IMG/VR virus record: IMGVR_UViG_3300031998_000320
Reading direction: 5' to 3' (one strand)
DNA from: a virus
Length of the DNA stretch: 39,241 nt
This document shows positions 24,032-30,883 of this stretch, piece after piece. The notes under the pieces are model-generated. The model was not told the DNA's origin. It did no database searches and worked only from the letters and a program-made list of their open reading frames with translations. Every line of letters begins with the position of its first letter. Position 1 is the stretch's first letter. Both the position numbers and the translations under genes were made by a program.

Positions 24032-24060
24032 ATTATAATATACGTGTAAAGGATTGTCAA
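24032..24060 (-). promoter_or_regulatory. Consensus sigma-A promoter for the scaffold/capsid genes
   Basis: Minus strand: TTGACA (24055..24060), exactly 17 bp, TATAAT (24032..24037). A leader of about 90 nt follows, with hairpins AGUUC-GUGA-GAACU and AGACU-AUACUA-AGUCU. Confidence 0.75.
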
Positions 24061-24063
24061 ATA

Positions 24064-24092
24064 CCACAAAAAAAGCAAGACTATTTCTTGCT
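24064..24092 (-). terminator. Intrinsic terminator closing the accessory island
   Basis: 7-bp stem AGCAAGA/UCUUGCU (24086..24092 with 24074..24080), 5-nt loop, then UUUUUUUG on the minus strand. Confidence 0.7.
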
Positions 24093-24419
24093 TGATTTTT
24101 TCTTTTTAGGCTTAATTGCTTTTTCTATTGCCTTACTTAATTTATCTAATTCTTCTTTATCTCCTAATGGTACAACATATTCTACATCATCTGCTCTATG
24201 CCCTATAATAGTTGGCATTTCAGGTTCTACTTCAATTACTTTAACAACTACTTGTTTATCTTTGTTACTACCCATTAAATATTTAGCCATTTCTTCTGTG
24301 CATTCAAAAGTATCTCCTACATATAGTTTCCCTTTTGTGTCAAAGCTTCTTCTTTGAATATTTTTTAATTCATCAAATCTTTCTAATGTAAATTCTTTTA
24401 TAACTTCACATCTTATCAT
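24081..24419 (-). CDS. Hypothetical protein with a lysine-rich tail (112 aa)
   Basis: Track ORF ending KPKKKKSSKK. No motif recognised. Confidence 0.5.
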   Translation of the reverse strand: MIRCEVIKEFTLERFDELKNIQRRSFDTKGKLYVGDTFECTEEMAKYLMGSNKDKQVVVKVIEVEPEMPTIIGHRADDVEYVVPLGDKEELDKLSKAIEKAIKPKKKKSSKK

Positions 24420-24429
24420 ATTATACCTC

Positions 24430-25065
24430 CTAAATATCTATATAATCCATTCTATATGTTTTTAAATTATTATTTAATACCCAGAATGAAAATGCTCTTT
24501 CTACTAAATGACTAATCATTCTTTTGTTTACTACTTTACCAACATCTTGTTCTAAAAACTCTTTTAATATGGGCATTACTATTGGAAATAACCATTCACA
24601 ATATTTATTCATTAATTCTCTTTTACATACAAACATTTCTCTATTGTTGAATCTATCTTTATCCATAAATTCTTTAAATCTAGGTATTGCTTGGCAAAAC
24701 TTTTCATAATACTTTTGGTATATATCAGGATTTTCAAATTCACTTTTTAATTGTTCGTGTATGCTTCTTTGAAATACTACATCATGTGTAATTATCATAT
24801 CATAATCTTTAAGTATTTCTTTGGCATCTTTTAATTTTAAATAGTCATCTTTATACCAAAACATTCTCCTATAATGACATAAACCTACTATATCATCATT
24901 TGTATTTTTCCATATATGATACAAACCAGTTACTTCATTTAAAAATAAATTAAGTACATTTATATTATCCATATCATAATGTTCAAACATATTACCTATG
25001 CCTAATTCTACATAATCTTTAGGTACTGGATTATCATATGGTATGTGTTTCATTATATAAATCAT
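24430..25065 (-). CDS. DUF4422-type putative glycosyltransferase
   Basis: The block HIWKNT.DDIVGLCHYRRMFW is the hallmark of DUF4422 proteins found in polysaccharide gene clusters. SD GGGAGGAG lies upstream. Confidence 0.6.
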   Translation of the reverse strand: MIYIMKHIPYDNPVPKDYVELGIGNMFEHYDMDNINVLNLFLNEVTGLYHIWKNTNDDIVGLCHYRRMFWYKDDYLKLKDAKEILKDYDMIITHDVVFQRSIHEQLKSEFENPDIYQKYYEKFCQAIPRFKEFMDKDRFNNREMFVCKRELMNKYCEWLFPIVMPILKEFLEQDVGKVVNKRMISHLVERAFSFWVLNNNLKTYRMDYIDI

Positions 25066-25068
25066 TTC

Positions 25069-25659
25069 TTACTCCTCCCTATGCATCTTTCTCCAAAAAA
25101 GACTTCCCTCTCTATTTGAATTATAAACATACAATACTCTATCTAAATAAGTTGTTTCCATTTGTTGAACTTCTACTTGAAAATCTACATCTTCTTCTCC
25201 CCACTCTAAATCTTCTCTAAATAAAGGGCATACATCATTTCTATATATTGCTTTCCACATTGCTGGATTTGTTGGCCTACACACTACTGCATTCTCACTT
25301 AATCCTAGCCAATTAAAGTTAATTACTTCTGTTGGTGTTTCATCTATTGCCTTTAATAATACATCTATATAATCCATTGTTACTGTATCATCACAGTCTA
25401 TAAAACCTATATATTGTCCTTTAGCTTTTTTTATGCCTTCATTTCTTGTTAAAGCTGTTCCCATATTTTTTTCATGTTCTATTAATCTAATATGGTTTAA
25501 TGCTAATTCTTTTCTCATATCATGAAATTCTTTTTTGCAATAATCATCAATAAGTATTATTTCAACTTTATCATTGACTTGTACCGATAAACCTTTTAAT
25601 AGCCTTTCAGTTAATTCATAAGTTTCAAAGTAAGGTATAATCAAACTTAATTTTACCAT
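25069..25659 (-). CDS. Family-2 (GT-A fold) glycosyltransferase, short form
   Basis: LSLIIPYFETYELTERLLKGL......VEIILIDD opening and the DxD motif IDCDDTV. Confidence 0.75.
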   Translation of the reverse strand: MVKLSLIIPYFETYELTERLLKGLSVQVNDKVEIILIDDYCKKEFHDMRKELALNHIRLIEHEKNMGTALTRNEGIKKAKGQYIGFIDCDDTVTMDYIDVLLKAIDETPTEVINFNWLGLSENAVVCRPTNPAMWKAIYRNDVCPLFREDLEWGEEDVDFQVEVQQMETTYLDRVLYVYNSNREGSLFWRKMHREE

Positions 25660-26684
25660 TGACGATCTCCTCCATTATTCATTTCTTGTTTTGTTTTTCT
25701 AACACGTTCATCCAAATACCTATCAATTACTGGGTCTTTTCCTTTAACACTTAATGCTAATTGCAATGTATCTGCATAATGTCTTATAGTAGAAGTCCCC
25801 CATATTACTTTTTCACGAATAGTTGTTACTGATTTTGTGTTTTGTTGATTCCATACATATACAGGTTCTTGTAACAATTTAAAATCATTCATATAAATAC
25901 ATATCTTACAATGCTGGTTTTTATCTTCTTTTAATGTACCCTCATTATATAGGCATTCTTGCCTTATAGCAAGGTTTTTCTTTATTACCTTACCAACACC
26001 ACTCCAACCTCTTATTGCCTCGTATTTGTCTTTATATTGTGGTATAAAGCAAGTCGTAAGTTTATCGTTTTTGTATTGTGCTAATCCACAAAACAACACA
26101 TCAGGTTGTGTCTGTAATTTATTGTTTATTTTTTCTAGTACTTCATTATCGTAAAGCCAATCATCACTATCTACACAGAATATATAATCAACATCATCAC
26201 TTAAATGTAAATAGCCTTCGTTTCTAGAACCACCATTTAATCGTTTTTGTTGTAACTCTTTTATTCTTATCACAATATCTGGAAAGTATTTAGTTGCTAC
26301 TTTTCTTGCTATTTCAACACTATTATCTGTACTCATATCATCTACAAATATTATTTCAAAGTTCTTGTATGTTTGAGTACATATACTTTCTAAACATTTT
26401 TCTATTGTATGTTCGTAATTATAGTTTGGTATTATAATTCCTATTTTGTAATCTACTTTTTCTGGCAACTTATTCCAATCTTTATCAGTTATCTTGCATT
26501 TTTTTATACAATCAATATCATAATCAGTTAAGTTTAAATCTACAAACTTGCAATATTCATAATGTAAACAATGAAGTCCTGTTTTTAATAAATCTTTATA
26601 ATTTTCATTATCAAATAAATAAATATATTTATTGTTATCTTTTTTTACAGCACTTATACTATTTTTATCGACTGCAATTGTCAT
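25653..26684 (-). CDS. Family-2 (GT-A fold) glycosyltransferase with an N-terminal extension of about 75 aa
   Basis: IGIIIPNYNYEHTIEKCLESICTQTYKNFEIIFVDDMSTDNSVEIA and the DxD motif VDSDDW. Start taken at MTIAVDK (ATG 26682..26684, AGGTGG upstream); the track start is a GTG. Confidence 0.8.
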   Translation of the reverse strand: MTIAVDKNSISAVKKDNNKYIYLFDNENYKDLLKTGLHCLHYEYCKFVDLNLTDYDIDCIKKCKITDKDWNKLPEKVDYKIGIIIPNYNYEHTIEKCLESICTQTYKNFEIIFVDDMSTDNSVEIARKVATKYFPDIVIRIKELQQKRLNGGSRNEGYLHLSDDVDYIFCVDSDDWLYDNEVLEKINNKLQTQPDVLFCGLAQYKNDKLTTCFIPQYKDKYEAIRGWSGVGKVIKKNLAIRQECLYNEGTLKEDKNQHCKICIYMNDFKLLQEPVYVWNQQNTKSVTTIREKVIWGTSTIRHYADTLQLALSVKGKDPVIDRYLDERVRKTKQEMNNGGDRQW

Positions 26685-26701
26685 AAGAACCACCTACATT
26701 A

Positions 26702-26730
26702 ATTATAACATAAAAATAAAAAGGTGTAAA
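26702..26730 (-). promoter_or_regulatory. Extended -10 promoter for the glycosyltransferase operon
   Basis: Minus strand: TTTACA (26725..26730), 17 bp, TGTTATAAT (26702..26710). The -35 lies inside the preceding terminator hairpin. Confidence 0.6.
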
Positions 26731-26738
26731 ATACACCC
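26710..26738 (-). terminator. Intrinsic terminator after the IDRID-type nuclease gene
   Basis: 7-bp stem GGGUGUA/UACACCU (26722..26738, one G-U pair), 3-nt loop, then UUUUAUUUUU. Confidence 0.55.
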
Positions 26739-26739
26739 T

Positions 26740-27300
26740 TTAATTTAATTTCAATGCTTTTTCTATGGTTTTGCCATCTTTTATTTTTTTCCATGCTGTT
26801 TGATAATTTATATTATATATTTTACACCATTCACTTAATAATTTAGTTTCATTGTTTATTGTAAAAAGTAATTTACCACCACTTTTTATAACTGGTTTAT
26901 TTAATGCTTCATTAATAGACAATCCTGCTTTTAATCTATCACTTAATGTTACTATGTTTATATTATATTCTCTAGACCATTGTGATAAAGTTTTTGTTTC
27001 ACCATTATAAGTTATTTTTCTATTATTTCTTCTATTGTTATCTTGTACTTCTTTTGTTACCCATCTACAATTAGATGGTTCATAATTACCATTTACATCT
27101 ATTCTATCTAATGTTAAACCTTTTTTGTAACCATTATTTATAGCCCAATCATAAAAACTATCAGGATTGTTTATCCATTCTTCGCATATTTTTATACCTC
27201 TCCCACCATATATTTCATATCCATGAGTAGCAGGATAATTACATCTACAATACATACTATGTCTTATAGTAATTAATCTTTTTTTATCTTCTTTGTTCAT
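26740..27300 (-). CDS. Free-standing HNH-like homing-endonuclease-type protein (paralogue of 6864..7496)
   Basis: YGGRGIKICEEW...LTLDRIDVNGNYEPSNCRWVTKEVQ, then two repeats of I(T/N)YNGETK.LS.W...YNI. Start taken at MNKEDKK (ATG 27298..27300, GGGAGGT upstream); the track start is a GTG. Confidence 0.6.
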   Translation of the reverse strand: MNKEDKKRLITIRHSMYCRCNYPATHGYEIYGGRGIKICEEWINNPDSFYDWAINNGYKKGLTLDRIDVNGNYEPSNCRWVTKEVQDNNRRNNRKITYNGETKTLSQWSREYNINIVTLSDRLKAGLSINEALNKPVIKSGGKLLFTINNETKLLSEWCKIYNINYQTAWKKIKDGKTIEKALKLN

Positions 27301-27314
27301 AATAAAAATACCTC

Positions 27315-27369
27315 CCACAACAAAGTATTAGAGGAGCAGTTGTGGTACTCCTCTATAAACATTATATCA
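27315..27369 (-). promoter_or_regulatory. Promoter plus structured leader (copy Y) of the nuclease gene
   Basis: TGaTATAAT at 27361..27369. Two interleaved helices: AGAGGAG/CUCCUCU (27348..27354 with 27330..27336) and CCACAAC/GUUGUGG (27339..27345 with 27315..27321). The second abuts the SD. Confidence 0.6.
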
Positions 27370-27373
27370 TATT

Positions 27374-27733
27374 TTATGATATTTTCCAAATATATTCAAT
27401 TTTTTTATCAGTGCAATCCCACGTGTCTATAACGTAGCCATTGATACACGCTGTTATATGATTATTAGTAGTTATTAAATATTTTCCAACAGGATGATTT
27501 TCAGCAAACTCTCCTATGTATATCTCATTGTAAGGTATTCTTTTAAACTTTTTATCTAAAAAATTCCTTACAAAAATAGCACTATCCATCATATAACCTT
27601 GTTCCATTGCACTTTTACATAATTCTTTATATGCTTCTTTCCATGTTATATCCATTACTATTGAATATGCCCTAGGAAAGCAGTCATCAATAAAATTATT
27701 ATGACTATTAGCATTATAAAAATAATATCTCAT
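27374..27733 (-). CDS. Possible papain/transglutaminase-like thiol enzyme (119 aa)
   Basis: Ordered candidate triad: Cys in IDDCFPRAYS, His in NNHITACINGY, Asp in IDTWD. Inferred from motif order only. Confidence 0.35.
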   Translation of the reverse strand: MRYYFYNANSHNNFIDDCFPRAYSIVMDITWKEAYKELCKSAMEQGYMMDSAIFVRNFLDKKFKRIPYNEIYIGEFAENHPVGKYLITTNNHITACINGYVIDTWDCTDKKIEYIWKIS

Positions 27734-27734
27734 A

Positions 27735-28193
27735 CTATCTCATACTATTTTGTAATGCTTCCATTAATTGTTGTTTTTGTTGTGGTGATTCTGCTTCTTG
27801 TTTTAATACCATAATGAAATCTTCAAGTGCTTTTACCATGTAATGAAATGATTTATCTGTTTCTTCACCAGCACCATATCTTTCACGACTATCCATATAA
27901 CGTCCATATTCTCCAGCCATTCTGTCCATTTCTTCTTCACCACGGTATTTCATATCATACCCTCTACGACCATAGTTATCTCTTCCATATTCTCCATAGT
28001 TGTCACGTCCATAACTATCATATCCTGGTCTTCTTGCACCATAATTGCCATAGTTCATATCATTCTCTCCTTCCTTTGCTATATGATTTATTTTTGCTAA
28101 TTTGTATAGATGATCTAAATTATTGGTTGTTATACCTTCATCTAATATCTTTTCTATACTTTCTTTAGTCTTTTCTTCTAACTTTTTGTGCAT
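27735..28193 (-). CDS. Tyr/Gly/Arg/Asp-repeat protein (152 aa), function unknown
   Basis: Central tract MNYGNYGARRPGYDSYGRDNYGEYGRDNYGRRGYDMKYRG is flanked by helical N- and C-terminal segments. Confidence 0.55.
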   Translation of the reverse strand: MHKKLEEKTKESIEKILDEGITTNNLDHLYKLAKINHIAKEGENDMNYGNYGARRPGYDSYGRDNYGEYGRDNYGRRGYDMKYRGEEEMDRMAGEYGRYMDSRERYGAGEETDKSFHYMVKALEDFIMVLKQEAESPQQKQQLMEALQNSMR

Positions 28194-28375
28194 TATTTTT
28201 CCTCCTTTCTTAAAAGAGTTATTATTTCTTCATTTTGTTTAATTATTTTTTCTAAATAATTGCTATCTTGTCTTTGTAATTCTTGCATTAAATCTCTATT
28301 ATTGTAATCTTGTAATAGTAAAATAACACTATATAATTGCAAGATTAAAGATGTCATATCTAAATTATTTCTCAT
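28193..28375 (-). CDS. Hypothetical protein (60 aa)
   Basis: Track ORF with single-nucleotide start/stop overlaps on both sides (28193 and 28375). Confidence 0.45.
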   Translation of the reverse strand: MRNNLDMTSLILQLYSVILLLQDYNNRDLMQELQRQDSNYLEKIIKQNEEIITLLRKEEK

Positions 28376-28836
28376 TAAATTCTACTTATACTAAATGTGG
28401 CATTAGTTATAATTGCTTGTGTTGTTGATATTGGTGTTGTAGGATCAGTTGGTGTTGGTACACTTGGAACACTTTGAACTGATATATTAGTAGTTCCACG
28501 TGGGCATACTCTTAATTTCTTATCAAAAGAAACTGTTTCATAATCGTCAGCTGCTGCAATAGTAACTGCTCTTACTGTATCAGGTATTAATACACCATCT
28601 TGGAATAAACCGATTGCTACAACTCCTGCTGTTGCTGTACTTACGGAAGCACTAAATTCTACATCATAATAACCTGTATAACCATTTCCAAATATTTTAA
28701 AGTTAGGATTACCATTTGAATAGTCTAGCCATCCACAGCAAGAAGCATATCTAGTTCTAACAGTTGTTTCATCAAAAGTTACTGGACTTGCGTTGCTTGG
28801 TAATGCTAATGGTTCATTTATAATTGTTTCTATCAT
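28375..28836 (-). CDS. Beta-rich protein, possibly a C1q/TNF-like jelly roll (BclA-C-terminal/BxpB-like)
   Basis: No TM segment, alternating hydrophobic strand patterns (YYDVEFSASVSTATAGVVAIGLFQDGVLIPDT...ITNATFSISRI) and a P/T-rich loop. The resemblance is by eye only. Confidence 0.35.
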   Translation of the reverse strand: MIETIINEPLALPSNASPVTFDETTVRTRYASCCGWLDYSNGNPNFKIFGNGYTGYYDVEFSASVSTATAGVVAIGLFQDGVLIPDTVRAVTIAAADDYETVSFDKKLRVCPRGTTNISVQSVPSVPTPTDPTTPISTTQAIITNATFSISRI

Positions 28837-28859
28837 TTTATCTTTCTCCTTTCAAATTT

Positions 28860-28928
28860 TGCACAATATATTGTAAAAACAGTGCATTTTATACTAAATT
28901 ATTACAATATTTTCACTTTTATTGTGCA
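28860..28928 (-). promoter_or_regulatory. Palindrome-rich control region upstream of 28375..28836
   Basis: Perfect 12-nt palindrome ACAATATATTGT (28863..28874). Distal inverted repeat TGCACAATA (28860..28868) / TATTGTGCA (28920..28928). A further ACAATAT copy occurs at about 28904..28910. Confidence 0.4.
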
Positions 28929-28934
28929 TTTCTA

Positions 28935-28969
28935 TAAAAAATAGAGAATAGAACTATGCCTATTCTCTA
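28935..28969 (-). terminator. Intrinsic terminator after the Gly/Cys-rich protein gene
   Basis: Perfect 10-bp stem UAGAGAAUAG/CUAUUCUCUA (28960..28969 with 28942..28951), 8-nt loop, then UUUUUU. Confidence 0.75.
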
Positions 28970-29004
28970 GTCCACTCTAGTACGGACAGATGTCCACTCT
29001 AGTA
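28970..29004. repeat. Tandem 13-nt direct repeat in the 3' untranslated region
   Basis: GTCCACTCTAGTA occurs at 28970..28982 and 28992..29004 (22-bp period). The spacer can pair as GGAC-AUCU-GUCC. Confidence 0.6.
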
Positions 29005-29055
29005 TGGAATTAGCAAGTTCTCGTAATCGAGTTAGTTGTATTCAACTCTATGCTA

Positions 29056-29877
29056 TTAAATAAATTGACTTGTTGTACCCATTCCACAACCACAACCACC
29101 ATTGTTGCAAGTGAATATAGGTGTTCTACCATAAACTGGTGTACTAGGTACTGGACAGTTTGCTAGTCTATTGTATAATTGGTCTACTTCATTAGCAAAG
29201 CCTTGTGCTATAAATGAGTTTTGTGCTACTTGACTTGCTTGTAAGTCTTTCATAAGAACTTCTCTTTGTAAATCAACTATCTTATCATTCTTACTGTCTA
29301 ATTCTAATTGACATAATTTATCAAGAACTGATTGTGTATTAGCTGTTTGATTTGCAATAATATCTCTTACACCTTCATTTAATGCTTGTCTATCAGCACA
29401 GTTTTCAGTTGCAACAGTATATTTTAAGTCAGCTATACCTAGTTTGTTTTCACAGCAACAGTTTAAGAATGAAGTATTAAGGTTATAAAAACCATTATTT
29501 ACTGCTGATGTAATATCTGACGTACTATTACATAACTGATTAGATAAACTATTTATTGCATCTCTATTACCTTCTAATTGGTTAGATAAGTGTAATGTGT
29601 CAAATCCATTGTTAGTGTTTTGCATAATTTCTTTTTGACCATTTGAAAGCCAAGCATATCCATCATCAAATCCACGTCCACCAAAGAATCCACCGTTGTT
29701 TCCGTTATTTCCCCAACCTCCAAATAAAGCAAGGATAACGATTACCCAAATCCAATCTGCACCGTAACCACCAAAGCCACCATTACCAAATCCACCCATT
29801 ACTGGATAAACTGGATAAGAATTATTAGTAGCTAAATCTACAGTAGGTACTATTCCTGAATTTCCGTTCATTTGCAT
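29056..29877 (-). CDS. Gly/Asn-rich single-pass membrane protein with a Cys-rich helical ectodomain (273 aa)
   Basis: GGFGNGGFGGYGADWIWVIVILALFGGWGNNGNNGGFFGGRG (Gly tracts flanking one hydrophobic helix, YjcZ-like). An N/Q-rich helical region follows, with 10 Cys including NCCCE and a C-terminal CNNGGCGCG. Confidence 0.6.
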   Translation of the reverse strand: MQMNGNSGIVPTVDLATNNSYPVYPVMGGFGNGGFGGYGADWIWVIVILALFGGWGNNGNNGGFFGGRGFDDGYAWLSNGQKEIMQNTNNGFDTLHLSNQLEGNRDAINSLSNQLCNSTSDITSAVNNGFYNLNTSFLNCCCENKLGIADLKYTVATENCADRQALNEGVRDIIANQTANTQSVLDKLCQLELDSKNDKIVDLQREVLMKDLQASQVAQNSFIAQGFANEVDQLYNRLANCPVPSTPVYGRTPIFTCNNGGCGCGMGTTSQFI

Positions 29878-29906
29878 TCTCCTTTCTTAATATTTTATAT
29901 CAAATG

Positions 29907-30152
29907 CTATTTAGCATTGATACCATTAATTTGGCTCATCATGTTATCCCATTGTTGTCTTTGTTCTGGACTAAATCCTCCTACAACTTCATTCAAAAAT
30001 TCATTAGGATTTCTATTTTCCTTTCTTGCTTGTTGATATTTTTTGTATGCTTGAGGATTTCTCATCTTCAACTGTTGTTCCATCTGTTTCATCATCCCTT
30101 GTGGTATTGATTGCATTTTCTGGTTGAATAACATTTGTATTAGGTTGTTCAT
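29907..30152 (-). CDS. Gln/Met-rich small protein (81 aa), overlapping the upstream ORF
   Basis: Track ORF in the +1 frame relative to 30013..30531, overlapping it by 140 nt. AAAGGA lies 10 nt upstream of the ATG. Confidence 0.45.
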   Translation of the reverse strand: MNNLIQMLFNQKMQSIPQGMMKQMEQQLKMRNPQAYKKYQQARKENRNPNEFLNEVVGGFSPEQRQQWDNMMSQINGINAK

Positions 30153-30531
30153 TTGTTATCATTCCTTTCTTTAATTCATCAATTTCTGCTTTTAACATTT
30201 CTATTTGCATATCTTTTGCATCTTTTGGTACTATTTCCGTTAATTCATAAGTTCTTATATTACCTCTTGTATCTTTAACCCATACAACACTCATATCTTT
30301 GCTAAAATATGGTGTATCACCTATTACTACATTTCTTTGTACTTCTTCTAATGAATTAGCATATCTTATAGCATCATGATTTGTAGGTGCTAATTGAAAG
30401 TTCTGTGTTATAGGTTGTTGTACTGGTTGTTGTTGATACTGTGCTTTTGCTTTTTCTAGTTCATTTATTTGTGCATTTATTCTGTCTAAACTTGCTTGTG
30501 GACTATAAATATTAAATGGACTATTATACAT
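30013..30531 (-). CDS. Hypothetical protein with a Gln-rich N-terminal region (172 aa)
   Basis: Track ORF with SD AAGGAG upstream. It contains QYQQQPVQQPITQNFQ, then a globular segment AIRYANSLEEVQRNVVIGDTPYFSKDMSVVWVKDTRGNIRTYELTEI. Confidence 0.55.
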   Translation of the reverse strand: MYNSPFNIYSPQASLDRINAQINELEKAKAQYQQQPVQQPITQNFQLAPTNHDAIRYANSLEEVQRNVVIGDTPYFSKDMSVVWVKDTRGNIRTYELTEIVPKDAKDMQIEMLKAEIDELKKGMITNEQPNTNVIQPENAINTTRDDETDGTTVEDEKSSSIQKISTSKKGK

Positions 30532-30642
30532 AAATTCATCTCCTTACAATAGAAAAAGAGGACACAGTATTATTACTTCTCAAATCGTGTTTTAAACAAC
30601 TCTAACAAGTTCTGTTTCCTCCTTTTCAATACCATTATCACA

Positions 30643-30674
30643 TAAAAAAAGAACCCAATTTTGTTGAGTTCTTC
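30643..30674 (-). terminator. Intrinsic terminator after the small HTH gene
   Basis: Stem AAGAAC/GUUCUU (30668..30673 with 30649..30654) plus one inner pair, followed by UUUUUUU on the minus strand. Confidence 0.55.
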
Positions 30675-30682
30675 TAAAAAAA

Positions 30683-30883
30683 TTATATAATTTTTCTAAT
30701 CTTTTTCTTTAATTTTTTAATCATTACATCTAGTGTTGATTCACTAACACCTAATTCCATAGCCATTTTAACACGACTATATCCTTTTATTTTGTATTCT
30801 AACAACTTTTGATATTCTTTATCTAGCATACATTGTTCAACAATATATTCATAATCTATTTTTGTAAAGTCAAAAAAATTCAT
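30683..30883 (-). CDS. Small sigma-70-region-4 / LuxR-like HTH protein (66 aa)
   Basis: EYKIKGYSRVKMAMELGVSESTLDVMIKKLKKKI resembles a stand-alone sigma region 4 type HTH. Confidence 0.5.
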   Translation of the reverse strand: MNFFDFTKIDYEYIVEQCMLDKEYQKLLEYKIKGYSRVKMAMELGVSESTLDVMIKKLKKKIRKII

